A stretch of 64,000 bases of DNA, taken from an uncultured archaeon. Lineage in GTDB: Archaea > Aenigmatarchaeota > Aenigmatarchaeia > QMZP01 > JACQNV01. Shown here one piece after another: positions 62,915-64,000 of the stretch. The position numbers were made by a program, and so were the translations under genes. The notes under the pieces are model-generated. The model did not search any database. It was not told where the DNA came from and saw nothing but the letters and a program-made list of their open reading frames with translations. Where the stretch lies: contig CAYPFW010000001.1 of the NCBI GenBank assembly GCA_964410585.1, positions 128,001-192,000 of the forward strand, given 5' to 3'. Each line of letters opens with the position of its first letter. The first letter of the stretch is position 1.

Positions 62915-63844
62915 ATGAAACACTCCTTAAAAATCACTTCAATACTTATTTGCTTGTTTTTGTTAGCTCAGATTACTGGTTTATTTATTGTTTATCAAGA
63001 TGTAAAGGTTGAGAAAATTGTTTCGCCAGAAACAGGAAAAATTGAAATAAAAATTTCACATCCAGAAACTGTTTTTGGAGAAAGACCAGATGTAAGAAAT
63101 TCAGATGCAGTCCTTTTAATTTTAGCGTCTGTTGGAATAGGAACAGGACTAATTTTGGTTATAGTTAAATTTGGATTAAAAATTATTTGGAAAGGTTTGT
63201 TTTTCCTTGCAATTTTCTTTTCAATTGGAATTGCACTTGGCACACTTATGTCTGCTGTGTTTGCTGGTTTTATTGCACTTGTTTTGGCTATTTTGAAAAC
63301 ATTCAAACCAAATGTTTTTGTCCATAATCTCACAGAGGTTTTTATTTATTCTGGGATAGCTGTGCTTTTTGTACCTCTTTTAGAGCCTCTATGGGTTTTG
63401 GTCCTGCTTTTGGCGATTTCTGTATACGACATGTTTGCTGTTTGGAAATCAAGGCATATGGTGAAGCTTGCTGAATTTCAAATGGGTGTCCAAGCATTTT
63501 CTGGTCTATTCATACAGTCTTCTAAATCTAAATTAAAGAAAATTTCGGGAAAATTAACTAAAAGGGGACCAATCAGCAAAAATGTAAGTAACCAATCAGC
63601 GGCTGTCCTTGGTGGAGGAGATATAGCTTTTCCTCTTCTTTTTGCAGGCTCTGTGATGGAGTTTTTAATTTTTTCAGGAATGGGAAATTTTGATGCCTTG
63701 TTGAGAGGAATTTTGATTTCTGCATTCGCGGCTTTGGCCCTTCTCGGACTTTTTGTTTGGGCAAAAAAAGGAAGATATTATCCTGCAATGCCTTTCATAA
63801 CAGCTGGATGTGTTTTGGGATATATAATCACAATGTTTATTTAG
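62915..63844 (+). CDS. Presenilin/SPP-family intramembrane aspartyl protease
   Basis: SVYDMFAVW.S.HM, LGGGD, PAMPF. Confidence 0.93.
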   Translation: MKHSLKITSILICLFLLAQITGLFIVYQDVKVEKIVSPETGKIEIKISHPETVFGERPDVRNSDAVLLILASVGIGTGLILVIVKFGLKIIWKGLFFLAIFFSIGIALGTLMSAVFAGFIALVLAILKTFKPNVFVHNLTEVFIYSGIAVLFVPLLEPLWVLVLLLAISVYDMFAVWKSRHMVKLAEFQMGVQAFSGLFIQSSKSKLKKISGKLTKRGPISKNVSNQSAAVLGGGDIAFPLLFAGSVMEFLIFSGMGNFDALLRGILISAFAALALLGLFVWAKKGRYYPAMPFITAGCVLGYIITMFI

Positions 63845-63845
63845 G

Positions 63846-64000
63846 CTATTCTAGCCTTTCCACATCTTCCTTGTTTATATTGAAAAATAACAGAACAAAA
63901 TCTACTCCATTATGATCTGTCCTAAGTTGGACGTCCCTTACTTCTATTACTTTTGAGTTTTTTCTAATCCATTCATTGCAGTTTTTGAAATCCTTGTCTC
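63846..64000 (-). CDS. 3' end of a hypothetical CDS running off the window
   Basis: Open frame ...DKDFKNCNEWIRKNSKVIEVRDVQLRTDHNGVDFVLLFFNINKEDVERLE*. Confidence 0.5.
   Translation of the reverse strand, partial: DKDFKNCNEWIRKNSKVIEVRDVQLRTDHNGVDFVLLFFNINKEDVERLE

Noticed and set aside
613-63788. Many 60-160 aa ORFs antisense to or nested in long genes (e.g. 613-909, 8993-9457, 12891-13373, 48267-48698)
   Set aside because: They are shadow frames of well-supported genes and have no motifs.
1-64000. Alternative genetic code or selenocysteine recoding
   Set aside because: Conserved genes are full length under the standard code, and TAA, TAG and TGA all act as stops.

Overview
Low-GC, gene-dense archaeal chromosome segment. 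Archaeal markers include a histone, aIF5B, RFC large subunit, EF-1beta, L14e/L34e/S27ae, Kae1/Bud32, RtcB and a presenilin homolog. Fragmented ribosomal operons, scavenging-type metabolism, a thrombospondin-repeat surface protein and many orphans suggest a DPANN-type lineage (inference). There is no CRISPR array, transposase, integrase or rRNA. The most notable signals are non-coding. (1) A dispersed ~48-bp repeat (family A, at least 8 copies) combines a hairpin with a co-varying mirror repeat, which is the geometry of an intramolecular triple helix. (2) One family A copy forms most of a 68-nt intron in the T-loop (59/60) of a tRNA-Arg(GCG), with a strict bulge-helix-bulge motif. (3) A second structured family (B) sits in the 5' leaders of translation-linked genes. 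Protein-level oddities include a Lys-poor/Arg-rich class of orphans and degenerate folds (proteasome-beta-like, ACP-like, aspartic-protease-like, sensor-less His kinase) and an archaeal PHPT1/Janus phosphohistidine phosphatase homolog. Also present are a Fic-HTH gene ending in a copy of the rtcB 3' end, a NUDIX-pyruvate kinase fusion, and an inversion that swaps two conserved operon junctions. All calls come from reading motifs by eye; no database searches were run.
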